Both the position numbers and the translations under genes were made by a program. This document shows, one piece after another, positions 47,901-60,041 of a stretch of 64,000 bases of DNA (positions are counted from its first letter, which is position 1; each line of letters opens with the position of its first letter). The stretch covers positions 16,864,001-16,928,000 of the forward strand of contig NC_043015.1 in the NCBI RefSeq assembly GCF_006345805.1, written 5' to 3'. Source of the stretch: Octopus sinensis. Lineage: Eukaryota. The notes beneath the pieces were generated by a model that saw only the letters and a list, made by a program, of their open reading frames with translations, was not told where the DNA came from and did no database searches.

Positions 47901-50900
47901 ACATATACAATAAATTTTGAAAAAATGTCATAAATAATAATCTAAAAGTATAACTATTTCCACAAGGAGCTTGATATGTTTTTGTCATAGTACTTCTGAG
48001 AGTGCACAATAAGTGGAGGCATAGCAGTGTAGTTAAAAAGTTTACTTCTCAACCAGTTAGTTTGGGGTTCAGTCCCACTTTGGCACATCTTAGGCAACTG
48101 TCTTCCACTTATTTCCAGGTGATAGTAGGAAATGTCATCATCTGTAGTTGAACTACAAATGGTGATATTTGATGACATTTTCTGTCAACAAATCACCCAA
48201 TACTTGTGCTTTTGTATTCCTCTGGAATAAGAATATTCCTTACTTGAAAAATAGGTAGGAGTTGGCAACAGGAAGAACATTTGGCTATAAAATCCTTGTG
48301 AGAACTTTACAAGCATCTACAAGGATGCTGTCAATAAGATGAGAATTAGCTATGTATACTGATAGGTTTAGTATCCAGATAGAAGTTCATCAGGGCTTGG
48401 TTTGCAGAGTTCTCCTGTGAGAACTCCTGTATACTGATGCTCTTGTTCTTATAGTTGAATCTGTAGTAGAATTAGAAAAGAAATTCCAGGTATGGAAGCA
48501 AAGCCTGGAATCAAAGGGTCTCAAAGTCAACTTAGCAATGACCAAGGAAGAAAACAAATTTCTGCTTCCATCACAGAAATGGCCTTGCTCAATGTACAGA
48601 AAAGAAGTAGGTAGAAATTCTATACAGTTTAACTAATGCAAACTATAGACACAAAAGTGATGCAGTGGTATCAAAGACAGAGAAGGTAGACTTTGTATAT
48701 AGCAGATGATCAGAAGCAATAAGCACTAAAAGGACCTTCTCAAAAATCCAGGAAGATTCCTAGAGGTAGTAAATAGATTCTGTTACATAGGTGTTCAAAT
48801 TAGTAGTAGAGAGAGATGTTCTAAAAGTACAGTTGCTAGAATAAGAACAGACAAGAAAGTTCAAATAGGTGTTGCCACTGCTGGCAACAAAAGCTTCCTC
48901 TCCCAAAGAAAAAGACAGATTGCATGATGCTTGTGTATGAACAGCAATGCTACATGGTAGTGAGACATGGGCCTTGAATGCAGAGGGCTTGCAAAGATTA
49001 AAAAGAAATGAAACCAGCATGCCCAGTCAGATGTGCAACATAATTGTGCATGAATGACAGTGTGTAAATGTATTGCATAATGTAGTGTGCATAAAAGCTG
49101 CATTGGTATGGACATGATGTGTATGAATGAGGATAGATGTATAAAGAAGTGCCAATCACTTAAAGTGGTTGGAACTTGTGGAAGAAGGAAGTCCAAGAAA
49201 ACATGGAATAGTGAAGGTTGATCTAAGGACTTTGAACCTAATAGAAAAGATGACAAAGGACCAAAATGACTGGAGATAAACAGTGCTCAAGAAGGCCCAT
49301 CCCAACAATGTGAAACTGATTCTGAAATGTGTGCTTTTGTGTGTGTGTGTTTGTGCATGCGCAGGTACACACACACACACACAACAGTGCCCATCATCCA
49401 ATTTCCTCCTTAAGCCCTCTCAACTTCCCATCATCTATCTATCCCTGATCTATTCATTGCCTTTATAGCCTCAATAGTCTGATGCTAAAATTAAATGAGA
49501 GCAGCACTGCATATCTCATCATCTTTTTCCGTGATACCAGTGATCTTTCTCACTTCCTAGAACCACTTCACTCATCATTCCTCCTTTAATTTTTAATAAT
49601 GTCCCTCCCCATTGACATTTTACACTGATCATCTTTCTGTGCTACCAAATTATCTCTCCTTCTCAACTCTCACTCTCCCCCAGTACATCTGCCTCTCTTC
49701 TCACTCCCATGCAACCTACCCAATGTCAGCTCTCTTTCTCATCCCTCCTCTGTCCACTGGATTACTATTTTGTTATTCCTTACCTCTGTCTGTACTATCA
49801 GTTGTCACTTACACTCCTCTACCTTCTCCCCATCTAATGTACTATCAAACATTTCTCCATCCATGTCCTCCATTCACTACTTCCCTATTTTCTGTAAAAT
49901 TACTAATATAACAAAAAATTGTGACAAATAAGCTTACCTGGTATATACTCAGAAGGCCTTCAGTAACAATTTCCACTGAGAAATATTCACGAAGTTTATC
50001 CTCATCAATAGCAAAATCTTTCTCCTCTAGTAAATTCATGCAATAACGCATATCATATATGTTTAGCTTTCCATCAAATTCAAAGTTGTGTTTCTCACAC
50101 TATTGAAATATAAATATCTATTTTAATATTTTGGAATATTCACAACAATATAAATATTTATAAGCTAAAGGAAGATATATTTGGTACAAGTGATAAATCA
50201 TATTTCATGTTTTGCACTATTTTGCTATTTCAACTGTATGTTTTATTCTTCTAAAGTCAATAAAAAAAATGTCAGAAATAGATTGTACTTTACTACCTAC
50301 AAATACTGGCATTATGCTAAATCAAAGGAAATCAATATTTATAGCCATATCCACCCTCATTTACGGATTAAAGGAAACCATATTAGGCTGTCCCCCATGA
50401 TGTGGCTGGTTTCTAAAATTTATTTTTGTGAATGTATATCTAATAAATTTTAAAGCATTAACTCCTGCTATGCATTTTTCTGACATCACTGATTTAGAAA
50501 ATCTTATATCTATTGCTGATTATATATGGGTTTTAATGTTCTTTCCTTGCTTTCACAGATGCTATTCATAAAAGAAGTCAAACTTTTGCCTTTGTGTGAG
50601 TTTAAACTTAGTAAAAATGCATCTCAAGCAGTCAAAAATGTGTTGCATTTAGGATGAGAACCTGCACTGCAAGAAGATAGTTTGGTTAATTTCAATCTGG
50701 AGACACGTGTCTGAATAATGAGTGCTGTGGACACCCTCCATCAGTGGTCAATGATGAAACATTAAAACAATGTGAACACTAATTCTAAGAGTACTATTTG
50801 AGCTTTTGTCAATGATTTTAAAGTTTCAAAATCATCCATAGGACAATGATCAGTAAAGTGAAAAAGATGGACAATGTTGTTCTTCATGAACTACAGACTG

Positions 50901-53900
50901 CAAAGGAGATGCAGCATTTGACAGTCTGTTATTTTTGCATGAAATAAAACCATTTTTGAAAAGAATAATCACATGTGACAAAAAAATGTAAAAAATTCTT
51001 TGCAACAGCTAGATGCTGTCAGGTGGTATTGTCAAGGAATCATTGGTTATTCATTTCTGTAGCCAGGAGAAACAGTAACATCTCAAATCTGACTCTCTAT
51101 CAGCAAATTGGGAGGGGGTCAACAAATTCCAAATTATCTCTGAAACATCTGGCATTGATTAATAGACAAGGACTTTTACTCTTGCAAGACAGTATCAGAT
51201 CCTATTTCACAAATCAAACCAAAGCAAAGTCATAGCAGCCTAATTATGAAATATTGGATCATCCTACGTATTCTCCAGATTTATCAACAGACTATCATTT
51301 ATTTTGCCACCTTTGAGCTTTTCATCTGTGACAAAAAGTATGAAAACAAAGAAGCATTTGAACAATTTATAGCTTCAAAAGACAATAATTTTATCAAGGA
51401 GTCTCCAAGTGCATTGTTAGCTAAAGGAGTATATTTTGATCAATAGATAGTGATTAAATACTTTTTATTTACTCATTTCTAAGTGGCTACTTCATGTGAA
51501 ACAACCTGATATAAACACATAAAAACCATCCCAGAAATATTTCATTAAACTTGTAACATCATCTGGTTGATTCAAGCTACTTTTCTTCAAATAAAATAGA
51601 AAAATTATAATCTGGTTATAACTATACTAATCTTACTTATATCTTTTCATGTTGTTTGTTTTTGTATTTAACTGGTCTAAAAGTAACAAACGCATTGTAT
51701 TTTAAAAAGTTGCTTAGTCTTCAGATATGATACTTATTTCTCATTAGCAATGACAGATTTCAAAAGTAAATTGTGAAACACTGTCTACATAAAACTTAAT
51801 ACATATTTACCATTTCCTTCTTGTATTTCAAGTAGTATTTCATTTCTTTTTCATATATCATTTTCAGTTTGGGCAATAGTTCTGCATAAAATTTCTGTAC
51901 AATTTCTGGGGTTTTTGCCATTCTCATATCTAAGACACATGAAGCATGTGTCTTATAGCCTAGCAGATTGGCTTGCTGCAAAAATAAATGATACACTGAT
52001 AGCAATCATATTTAACAAATCAAATCAAAGTCCATACTATTAGACTCAAGGTACACAAGGTTTTAAACAAAACTTTTGCCATTACACTTCATATCTTTGC
52101 TTTACAACCTAAGTGTAAGCAATCCTTTAAGGACTGCCTACACTTCTCAGTACAACTAGCTGTGGATTTGTTTTATTCTTTTTTTGGGGGGGGATCTATC
52201 TAGCAGAACACAGAAAAACAAATTGTACAATAAGAAAGAAAAAGAAACAAAGCTCCTAACTCTGCTGGTGACAAAGGGCCTCTCACTCAGAGTAAAAGGT
52301 AGACTGTATGACGTATGTGTGCGAACAACCATGCTACATGGCAGTGAAACATGGGCCATGACTGCTGAGGACATGCGTAAGCTTGCAAGAAATGAAGCCA
52401 GTATGCTCCGCTGGATGTGTAATGTCAGTGTGCATACATGACAGGGTGTAAGTGCCCTGAGAGAAAAGTTGGATTTAAGAAGCATCAGATGTGGTGTGCA
52501 AGAGAGATGACTACGCTGGTATGGTCATGTGGCGAGAATGGATGAAGATAGGTGTGTCAAAAAGTGCCACACCCTAGCGGTTGAGGGAACCTGTGGAAGA
52601 GGTAGACCCAGGAAGACCTAGGATGAGGTGGTGAAGCAGAACCTTTGAACATTGGGCCTTACCAAGGCAATGACTAGTGACCGGGACCTTTGGAGATATG
52701 CTGTGCTTTAGAAGACCTGACAAGCCAAGTGAGATCATAGCCTATGGCCTATGCCAGCGGGTGTAACCAGCCCATTTATGAATACCCCTCATACATTGGA
52801 CAATAAACCTTGCTTGTGAAGACCTATAGAGGCAATCAAAATCAAAATTGCTGACGTGGCCGATGACAGTACTGCCTGATTGGCACTTGTGCCAGTGGAA
52901 CATTAAAAGCACATCCAAATGTGGGGTGTAACTGGCCCACTTATGAATACCCCGTATTCATTAAACAATGAACTTTGCTTGCAAAGACCTATTAAGGGAA
53001 GTGTAAACAAATCAAAATCACTGACGTGGCCGATGACAGTACCGCCTAATTGGCACTTATGCCAGTGGAACGTTAAAAGAAGCAAATCCAAGCATGATCG
53101 TTGCCAGGCCACAGATTGGCTCCTGTGCCAGTCACACGTGAAAAGCACCATTCGAGCGTGATCGTTGCCAGCATCACCTTACTAGCACATGAAAAACAAC
53201 ATGTGAGTGTGCTTGCTGCCAGTGCCACCAGATTGGCTCCTGTGCAGGTAGCACGTAAAAACACCTTGTGAGCATGGTCGTTGCCAGAACCGCCTGACTG
53301 GCCCTCGTGCTAGTGACACATAAAAAGCACTCACTACACTCTCGGAGTGGTTGCGTTAGGAAGAGCATCCAGCTGTAGAAACTTTGCCAGATCAGACTGA
53401 GCCTGGTGCAGCCTCTGGCTCACCAGTCCTCAGTCAAACCGGCCAACCCATGCCAACATGGAAAGCAGACGTTAAACGATGATGATGATGATGATCTTCA
53501 ATCTTTAAAGATTTTTTAAAACTCATAACAAGGTAGCCTGTATACTATAGATGAAAAAAGTTTTGCTCAATTCCTTTCATGCTTCAGCTAACCTCAAAGA
53601 AAACGTATTTTTCTTTACTTATTTCAATCATTCCAGTGAAAGTGGGTTGGGGAGTACCATTACATTATCATGGCTGAAAAGGTAACAAGCTGCATTACAA
53701 TTACTGAAATAATTCAAGCAAATATTTGAGTTTTCTAAATCTGTTATTGAAAGGAATTTATTTAATTTTGGTTTTCCTTAGTAAAATCAATACAGATCAA
53801 TGCAAAATACATTTTAAACAATTATCTCAACTGCATTCTAAATCAAAATGATGTATGAAATATTATAAACCTTTAAAATTGCCATTATATTATTAATAAC

Positions 53901-56900
53901 TATACTAACCTCATGACGTAATTTGACTACTTCTTCAAGAATTGGAACGTTTTCTTTAATACATCTGGAATTAAAAATACAAGACAGCGGTAATAAAACA
54001 AATATAATTTTTCTAATACAAATAATCTAATTGCAAAGATTTATTAACTACATTTATTATGCTTATTTTAGACACTTTATTCTTTGGGTGCCATATATTA
54101 AGCTCTGTATATTCATTTTCCTTTAAATAAGTGTACTGACCGAAGTAGACGCTATCACATGAAACAAACAAACTACTGTGCAACTGATAAAAATTTTGTT
54201 AGTTAAAAAGTATTGATCTTTTGATTTGTTAAATAGAAAATGTCTTGATATAATAGAGAGTGGTGTGATGGTAGGGAACATTAAACTTAATTTAAGAAAA
54301 TTTATTCAAATGATTTACTTGCTACTATATTATCTTACAAAGAAAATTTAAAAACCAAGAAACTCATTTACCGTGAATGGAAAATATAATCCAATTTCTT
54401 TCGAGTTTCAGGATTATGTGCTTTTTTCATGATTGGAAAATAATGTGGATATTTTAAGGTTACTTTGTATTTGCCATCGTCAGTCTGTTAAAAAAAAAAT
54501 TATAATATTACAGAGTAAAAATAGTTAAAATTTTTAAAATCTATTTTCATTTCATGAAATGTCTACAGGATATTTTAAAATAGAAATTCAATAAAAAGTA
54601 TTTGAAAAATATTTATAAAATTAATAATATATTTCTTTGTAATTGAAATGAAAATATTTGCCATCATTTGATGTTAAATAAATGTTAATTGTTTTTTAAA
54701 ATTAACATCTTAGTTCATAATTTATACACAGAACTTACCTTTTCTAGGGAACTTATGAAAGACTCTGGCAACCCAACTGAATAACAAAATTAGACAAAAG
54801 TTACAGAAAATAAGAAAATGTATTAGCTGCTAAATAAATAATGAAATCAAATCAATATTTCATAAAATACAGGTAATTACAACTCCATTTTGAAGGAAAC
54901 TTAAAAGACTGATATTTTTACTTACATTAGCAGTGTAAAAGAAATGAAATGGTTTCAAAAGCAACACATATAGTTATAAAAAGTACAAAAGAATAATAGG
55001 ATTAAAGCAAGTGAAATTGTAGGTATAGTAGCAAAATGGAATTAAGAATGACAGAATTCAGTTTGGATGTATTACCAGAATGTGAAACTACATAAGCAGA
55101 TACACTGGTGAACTCCCTGGCTGGTTCTTAGTTTAAAAAGTGTTATTCAGCACATCATACTGAACCATTGTCATGATGATCGTGGCTGCGAACTAAGTTT
55201 CAATGACCCAGTTGATACAGTTGTAAATAAAAACTGTGAAGGACAGTGTATATTCGATGAGTCTTTTGGCAATAATGTGTAATCAATGATTATCAAGTTG
55301 TACTATTACATAACCTAATTTATGCTCAGAGTAGAACCTAAACAGAATAGTGTGTTGGATACAAAGTTGATGAAATAAGTTGAAACAATTACTGATTTTG
55401 TTAGTAATAAAACTTTTCTTACTCTATACAAATAGACAGGCCATATATTTTGCATGTTAGAAATGTGATGAATAGGATTCATAGGACCTGCATATCAGCA
55501 TAATGAACTGATTACAAATTGATTGAAAAAATTTATTATTTTTAGAGAATTTCCGCATTGTATGCAAAAAAAAAAAACTACAATAGCTGTGGACATGAAA
55601 TATTTTGAAATGTCTTCAATGAAGAGTGTTTTAAGACTGTGGGTGAGGGAATCCAGATCAAAATTAAACTGAGATAGGTTTAAGAATCAGTATTTTAATC
55701 AGATTTTAAAGAAGTCCAGCACATCAACTACATAAGAAACCGAAGACTTATCAGACATTCTAAAACTGCAAGAGCAATAGTTGATTCCAGCTTAAAAATT
55801 GCCAAAGTTGTAGTAGCTCCATACAAAAGATAGTAAAAATATTAATCTATCAGATACTTTACAAGTCATAAAGACAATTGTAATTGTACTCACTCAAGTC
55901 CTCAGTAGAAAACTCCACAACAGAATTTTCTTCAATTACATTCTTGTTGAATTCAATAGCCAATTCGCTTATTCTTTTTTTGATTTTCATGATTTTGTCT
56001 TGGGTTTCTTTCGGTAGATGTAAACCTTTAAATGGAAAAGAATAATTAAAAGTTTAAGGAACATATATTCTCTACACATAAAGCGGTAGAGTGACAGCGG
56101 GCTTATTATTGTTATTTATCATATATTTGTACCACACTAGGAATCAATTAAAATGTACTGGGAAATAGTGATCTTCATTCAATCTTCAGCTATGAAAACT
56201 ATTCAAATATTTCTATTTTTTTATTTCATAAAAACAGTGACAGCATAATTCAATGATGGACATTTTTTTTTTTTTTACAACTAGTCATTATAATTAGAAT
56301 GATAACTGGAAAGAAGTTAAATTGGCAACCTATTTCTTTACTACACACAAGGGGCTAAAGCAAGAGGAGACAGACAAGGACAGACAAACGGATTAAGTCG
56401 ATTACATTGACCCCAGTGCGTAACTGGTACTTAATTTATCGACCCCGAAAGGATGAAAGGCAAAGTCAACCTCGGCGGAATTTGAACTCAGAACGTAACG
56501 GCAGACGAAGTACAGCTACGCATTTCGCCCGGCGTGCTAACGTTTCTGCCAGCTAACCAAAGAATCAAGCTAGGCATTTGATCCTCAACACTCAATATTG
56601 CTGAAAATAGATGAGGTTTAGTTCAGTACTGAAGTTAGTGATTACATTATTATTGGCAAGTGTTTGTTTATTAATATGTAGTACTAACCCTCCAGTCAGA
56701 GAAGGCAACCAGAAACACTACAATATTTTTCACTTGATTTTCAATCTACATGTAAACAATATAATCAGTGGCTTACCATTTTTTCTGCCAAGTTTTATAA
56801 GACGTTCCACTAATCGTTTGGTTTCTCCAGTCAAAGTACTTTGATTCTTTTCAGAGAAAGTTACAATAGAATCAAAGACATCTTGCCGCATGCTAGAAAG

Positions 56901-58202
56901 ATTATTTAGATGTAACTGATTAGATTAATAAATGGAAGTGAAAATGTTTCAAAAGAGAATTTTCAAGAGATTTGAGATTTTCAAGAGATTTGAGATTTTC
57001 AAGAAAGACAAATTGTTTATTTTAATAAGAATTTCACAAACTTTTAAGAGAACATAAAATAATCCTTTTTCAGAAGAGTGAATCTCAAAACACATAAAGC
57101 AAGTAAATATTGGTTTTGTGAGCCACAGGAAACCTTTGATTTTTCCATTCAAAAGGGTTTTTCAACTAAATATTTACATGCTATTATGTATAGCTTCTTG
57201 TGCTTTGAGATCCACTGTTCCAAAAAAGATTTATTTTTACTTTATGCAAAGTGGGAGGCAGGTGATCTAGTGGCTAGGGTGCTGGACCCGTGATTTTAAG
57301 ATTGTGGTTTCAATTCCTGGTCTAGGTGACGTGTGTTCTTGAGAAAAATACTTCATTTCATGTTGTTCCCGTCTACTCAGCTAGCAAAAATGAGTAATCC
57401 TGTGACAGACTGGCATCCTTTTGAGTCTATTGAATTTGAGAAGGATGCTTTTATGTAAAGTGACTTTTAGAGATCTTTAGTTGATTAAATGTACTTATTA
57501 TGTCAACCTTAAAAGACTAAAAAGTAAAGATAAAGCTATGGCAGGATTTGAATTCAAAACCCAAAGAGGGAAAGACATTTAGTCTAATGCTCAAGCGTGT
57601 GAAGAGCAATATAAAAACATTATACAGAAACAAAGACACAATTATTAGAATACAAAATTATAAAATGTGGAGATGAAAAATAAATCTAATTCTTATTAGG
57701 AAAGTCAGCTGACTAGCAGGAGAGAAGAAATGGAAATTAAGATTTTATAATTTTTTAAAGACATTAGCAGACAGAGTCCTTTAGTGAAAATGAGACTACA
57801 GAGTCAGCTTGCAAAGTATTTACTACTGCACTGTAAATATGTTGCTTTTTTTTTTAAAACTAGGTACAAGATCAGTGAGAAAGTATATTCAATGAAACTG
57901 ATTCCAATATATTTTATGTACTTGTTTTAATGGTCTAGGCAGGAACAAAAAAAAAGTCAAATCAGTGAAACTGACACTCACAATATAAAGAATTGATATG
58001 ATATACTCTCTTTACTCTTTTACATGTTTCAGTCATTTGACTGCAGCCATGCTGGAGCACCGCCTTTAATCGAGCAACTCGACCCCGGGACTTATTCTTT
58101 TGTAAGCCCAGTACTTATTCTATCGGTCTCTTTTGCCGAACCGCTAAGTAACAGGGACGTAAACACACCAGCATCGGTTGTCAAGCAATGCTAGGGGGAC
58201 AA

Positions 58203-58243
<41 letters not shown>

Positions 58244-60041
58244 CATACATATATACGACGGGCTTCTTTCAGTTTCCGTCTACCGAATCCGCTCACAAGG
58301 CATTGGTCGGCCCAGGGCTATAGTAGAAGACACTTGCCCAAGGTGCCACGCAGTGGGACTGAACCCGGAACCTTGTGGTTGGTAAACAAGCTACTTACCA
58401 CACAGCCACTCCTGCGCCTGTAAAATATTGTTTAATTAAAAAATATGACATAAGTTATATCTTCAGGAAACAAGTTGGGACAGAGCAGAGCGAGTCACAT
58501 GATAAGAATGAGGAACACTAAATGACCTCAAAGTTAATAAACTAGACACCCCACTAGAAACTATATACGAAGCTGTGGATGATGCAAAATGATCTTTACA
58601 AATTCAGACCAAGAGAGAAACATCAAAACTAGAACAAATACTGACAGCTAGGAGAGGTTTACATCTACCAAAGGACAAGTATGATGTTTTGAACTAAGGC
58701 AGAAGAAAAAGTTATTGATACTAACAGAAATTACATACAGACAGACAGACTATAGTCAACCTTCAAAAAAGAATCTAAAGCTAGAAAACTGCTGCAAAAA
58801 CACCAAGGTTACACTTACTCCAAAAATACTCAGCTCCTTGAACTAAATGCTCGGCTTGTCATAAACTGCAGAACACAACTACAACATTCTAAGATAGAAT
58901 TCTTTCTTATTTAACTCAAATACACAACATACATCCATAACAAGATAAGTTTGTATTGAGTTGTGAATTACTCGAATTAACCCTTGGACAAGAGAGTTAT
59001 GTTCAAAAGTATCCATATCTTACATAGCAAACTGATCAACCTAAACAGTAATACAGGCAACATGGCTAATGCTTGCAATGCACTCAGCATAACCAAATGC
59101 TGCATCTGGAACGTGCTATCTGGAGTGAAGGATCTACAGCTAATTTAGCTATCTCTGATCGTCTTGAATAGGAATCAAACTACTCGGTCCTTACATTTTT
59201 CACTATCTGTTTTGTGACTTCTCTAAAATCCTACTTATATTTTCTTTCTTTCTTTCAGTTTTTTTTTTATCAGCACAACTAATTTTCTTATTCATAATTA
59301 TGTTCTTTAATAATTTTTAAAACCTGATGTCCATTACAACAGTATCACAATAAACTGAATATTCATTCTATTCAACTAAATGTTAATTAAAATACAAAGT
59401 AAACTGTTTACTGTAATTATGGCTAAACCCAGGTAACGAAACTGATACTGGATCTAAACTGTGTGTTTTAAATACAAATCAATAGGAAAGTATACTAAAA
59501 TAAAATTAATCTTGAGAACCCAAGAAAACTAGTTCTGAACTAGTACTGAAAATGGAATAAGTTTTATTATTTTCTAAACTAAAGTCACAATACTCTAAGA
59601 TAGAATTCTTTCCTATTTAACACAAATACACGACATTCTCCTGAGAGAATATGAGTAGTTATTTCTAGCAGCCTACTGTAAACTCAAATGCCAGTCAACT
59701 GTTTACTGTCAAGACAGCAATCTCTTCATGCTAAGATTGATGCTGGAAATGTTGAACATTTAGCTTACAGTCATTGCACAACATTGGTGACAAGATTTTA
59801 ATCTATAAATAATACGTAGAGCAATCAGCACATTATAGACAATTTTTTTTACTCAACTATTTTAATATTTCTGGTTTTGTAGTCTCACTTAACAAACTTA
59901 CCTCATTTCAACATCAAACTTAGACAACTTTTTATCAGCTTCCACACTTGCATCACGGAGTATTTTATTAGAAAATACTTGTTTTATGAATTCTATGTTA
60001 TTTCGTTGCACTTCATACTCTGCAGCATCTATTGCAAGAGG
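30610..60041 (-). CDS. THOP1: Thimet oligopeptidase / neurolysin-like M3A metallopeptidase, spliced CDS, 5'-partial (16 exons, 612 aa + stop)
   Basis: Sixteen GT-AG exons join in phase without stops (1839 nt). Motifs: [67 protein letters not shown]. Symbol is family-level; THOP1 vs NLN orthology is not resolved. Confidence 0.96.
30818..32380 (-). mobile_element. Tc1-like DNA transposon, full length but decayed (1563 bp)
   Basis: TA on both sides; >110-bp TIRs starting CACTGCATC; transposase remnants [17 protein letters not shown] and [14 protein letters not shown]. Confidence 0.9.
33040..34720 (+). mobile_element. RTE-clade LINE RT fragment, heavily decayed
   Basis: [17 protein letters not shown]..., [26 protein letters not shown] motifs in broken frames. 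Confidence 0.85.
35833..35949 (-). CDS. THOP1: THOP-like exon: [39 protein letters not shown]
   Basis: 117 nt, cag/gtaagt. Confidence 0.96.
35990..36720 (+). mobile_element. LINE reverse-transcriptase fragment (second, RTE-like family)
   Basis: [17 protein letters not shown]...[12 protein letters not shown]...LSINCTKTK (decayed FADD motif). Confidence 0.8.
37887..38018 (-). CDS. THOP1: THOP-like exon: [44 protein letters not shown]
   Basis: 132 nt, cag/gtaagt. Confidence 0.96.
40262..40720 (-). mobile_element. RTE-associated 3'UTR repeat with (GAT)n tail
   Basis: Reverse complement of the aggaagggcatccagctgtagaa...aacccatgctagcatggaaagcggacgttaaatgatgatg block seen after the RTE fragments. 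Confidence 0.8.
40838..41880 (+). mobile_element. RTE-clade LINE 3' fragment
   Basis: Aligns to 17668-18460 and 52230-53495. Confidence 0.82.
42496..42727 (-). CDS. THOP1: THOP-like exon with third Zn ligand: [21 protein letters not shown]...DQCIHKQPQ
   Basis: 232 nt, cag/gtgagt; lies inside supplied ORF 42475..42765. Confidence 0.97.
43515..43588 (-). CDS. THOP1: THOP-like zinc-motif exon: [25 protein letters not shown]
   Basis: 74 nt, cag/gtgagc; HEFGH at 43559-43573. Confidence 0.97.
44096..44203 (-). CDS. THOP1: THOP-like exon: [36 protein letters not shown]
   Basis: 108 nt, tag/gtaaaa. Confidence 0.95.
44712..45355 (+). mobile_element. RTE-clade LINE 3' fragment with (GAT)n tail
   Basis: ctgcgctggtatggtcatgta (LRWYGHV) and the shared 3'UTR block; ends ~70 bp from a THOP donor site. 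Confidence 0.8.
45426..45530 (-). CDS. THOP1: THOP-like exon: [35 protein letters not shown]
   Basis: 105 nt, cag/gtaagg. Confidence 0.96.
45682..46260 (+). pseudogene. Unidentified coding-like frame antisense to THOP (112 codons, TGA, 79 codons)
   Basis: Supplied ORFs 45760..46020 and 46027..46260 share one frame, which is open from 45682 and has a single internal stop at 46018-46020; no family recognised. Confidence 0.45.
46657..46722 (-). CDS. THOP1: THOP-like exon: [22 protein letters not shown]
   Basis: 66 nt, cag/gtgagt; matches LLGL..F....WH.DV. Confidence 0.93.
47288..47503. mobile_element. piggyBac-type MITE (216 bp), second subfamily
   Basis: TTAA on both sides; TIR CCCTTTGGCATT vs AATGCTAAGGGG (10/12). 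Confidence 0.8.
48420..49330 (+). mobile_element. RTE-clade LINE RT fragment
   Basis: [14 protein letters not shown] (decayed YADD), [16 protein letters not shown]. Confidence 0.85.
49938..50099 (-). CDS. THOP1: THOP-like exon: [20 protein letters not shown]...[19 protein letters not shown]
   Basis: 162 nt, tag/gtaagc. Confidence 0.95.
50383..51509 (+). mobile_element. mariner (DD34D) transposon, decayed (1127 bp)
   Basis: TA on both sides; degenerate TIRs TTAGGCTGT.../...ACAACCTGA; remnants [27 protein letters not shown]. Confidence 0.82.
51811..51975 (-). CDS. THOP1: THOP-like exon: [21 protein letters not shown]...KYKKEM
   Basis: 165 nt, cag/gtaaat; overlaps supplied ORF 51796..52005. 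Confidence 0.95.
52230..53495 (+). mobile_element. RTE-clade LINE 3' fragment, relatively young, with long 3'UTR
   Basis: ORF 52184..52441 ([28 protein letters not shown]); ~165-nt tandem duplication at ~52762-53090; (GAT)n tail at 53479-53495. Confidence 0.88.
53910..53964 (-). CDS. THOP1: THOP-like exon: [18 protein letters not shown]
   Basis: 55 nt, cag/gttagt; supplies the phase change required between its neighbours. Confidence 0.92.
54372..54484 (-). CDS. THOP1: THOP-like exon: [38 protein letters not shown]
   Basis: 113 nt, cag/gtaaat. Confidence 0.95.
54739..54776 (-). CDS. THOP1: THOP-like micro-exon: [12 protein letters not shown]
   Basis: 38 nt, cag/gtaagt; matches GLPEDFLNSLEK. 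Confidence 0.9.
55894..56025 (-). CDS. THOP1: THOP-like exon: [44 protein letters not shown]
   Basis: 132 nt, aag/gtgagt. Confidence 0.93.
56331..56554 (-). mobile_element. tRNA-derived SINE family 1, young copy
   Basis: Near-identical reverse complement of 15775-16005. Confidence 0.88.
56777..56892 (-). CDS. THOP1: THOP-like exon: [10 protein letters not shown]...RLIKLGRKN
   Basis: 116 nt, tag/gtaagc, phase-compatible with both neighbours. Confidence 0.93.
58004..58419 (-). mobile_element. tRNA-derived SINE family 2, young full-length copy
   Basis: Starts AGGCGCAGGAGTGGCTGTGTGG; B box GGTTCAGTCCC; internal (TA)n; tail TAAAAGAGTAAAAGAG. Confidence 0.88.
59902..60041 (-). CDS. THOP1: THOP-like exon (first found): [47 protein letters not shown]
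   Basis: tag acceptor, gtaagt donor, 140 nt; matches the family motif ASTEADKKLSEFDVEMS. Confidence 0.93.

Noticed and set aside
58640-58690. Plus-strand GGTTTACATCTACC ([10 protein letters not shown]) identical for 14 nt to the start of THOP exon 55894-56025; possible inverted exon duplicate
   Set aside because: Similarity does not extend convincingly on either side, and several 14-nt matches are expected by chance in 64 kb of AT-rich DNA
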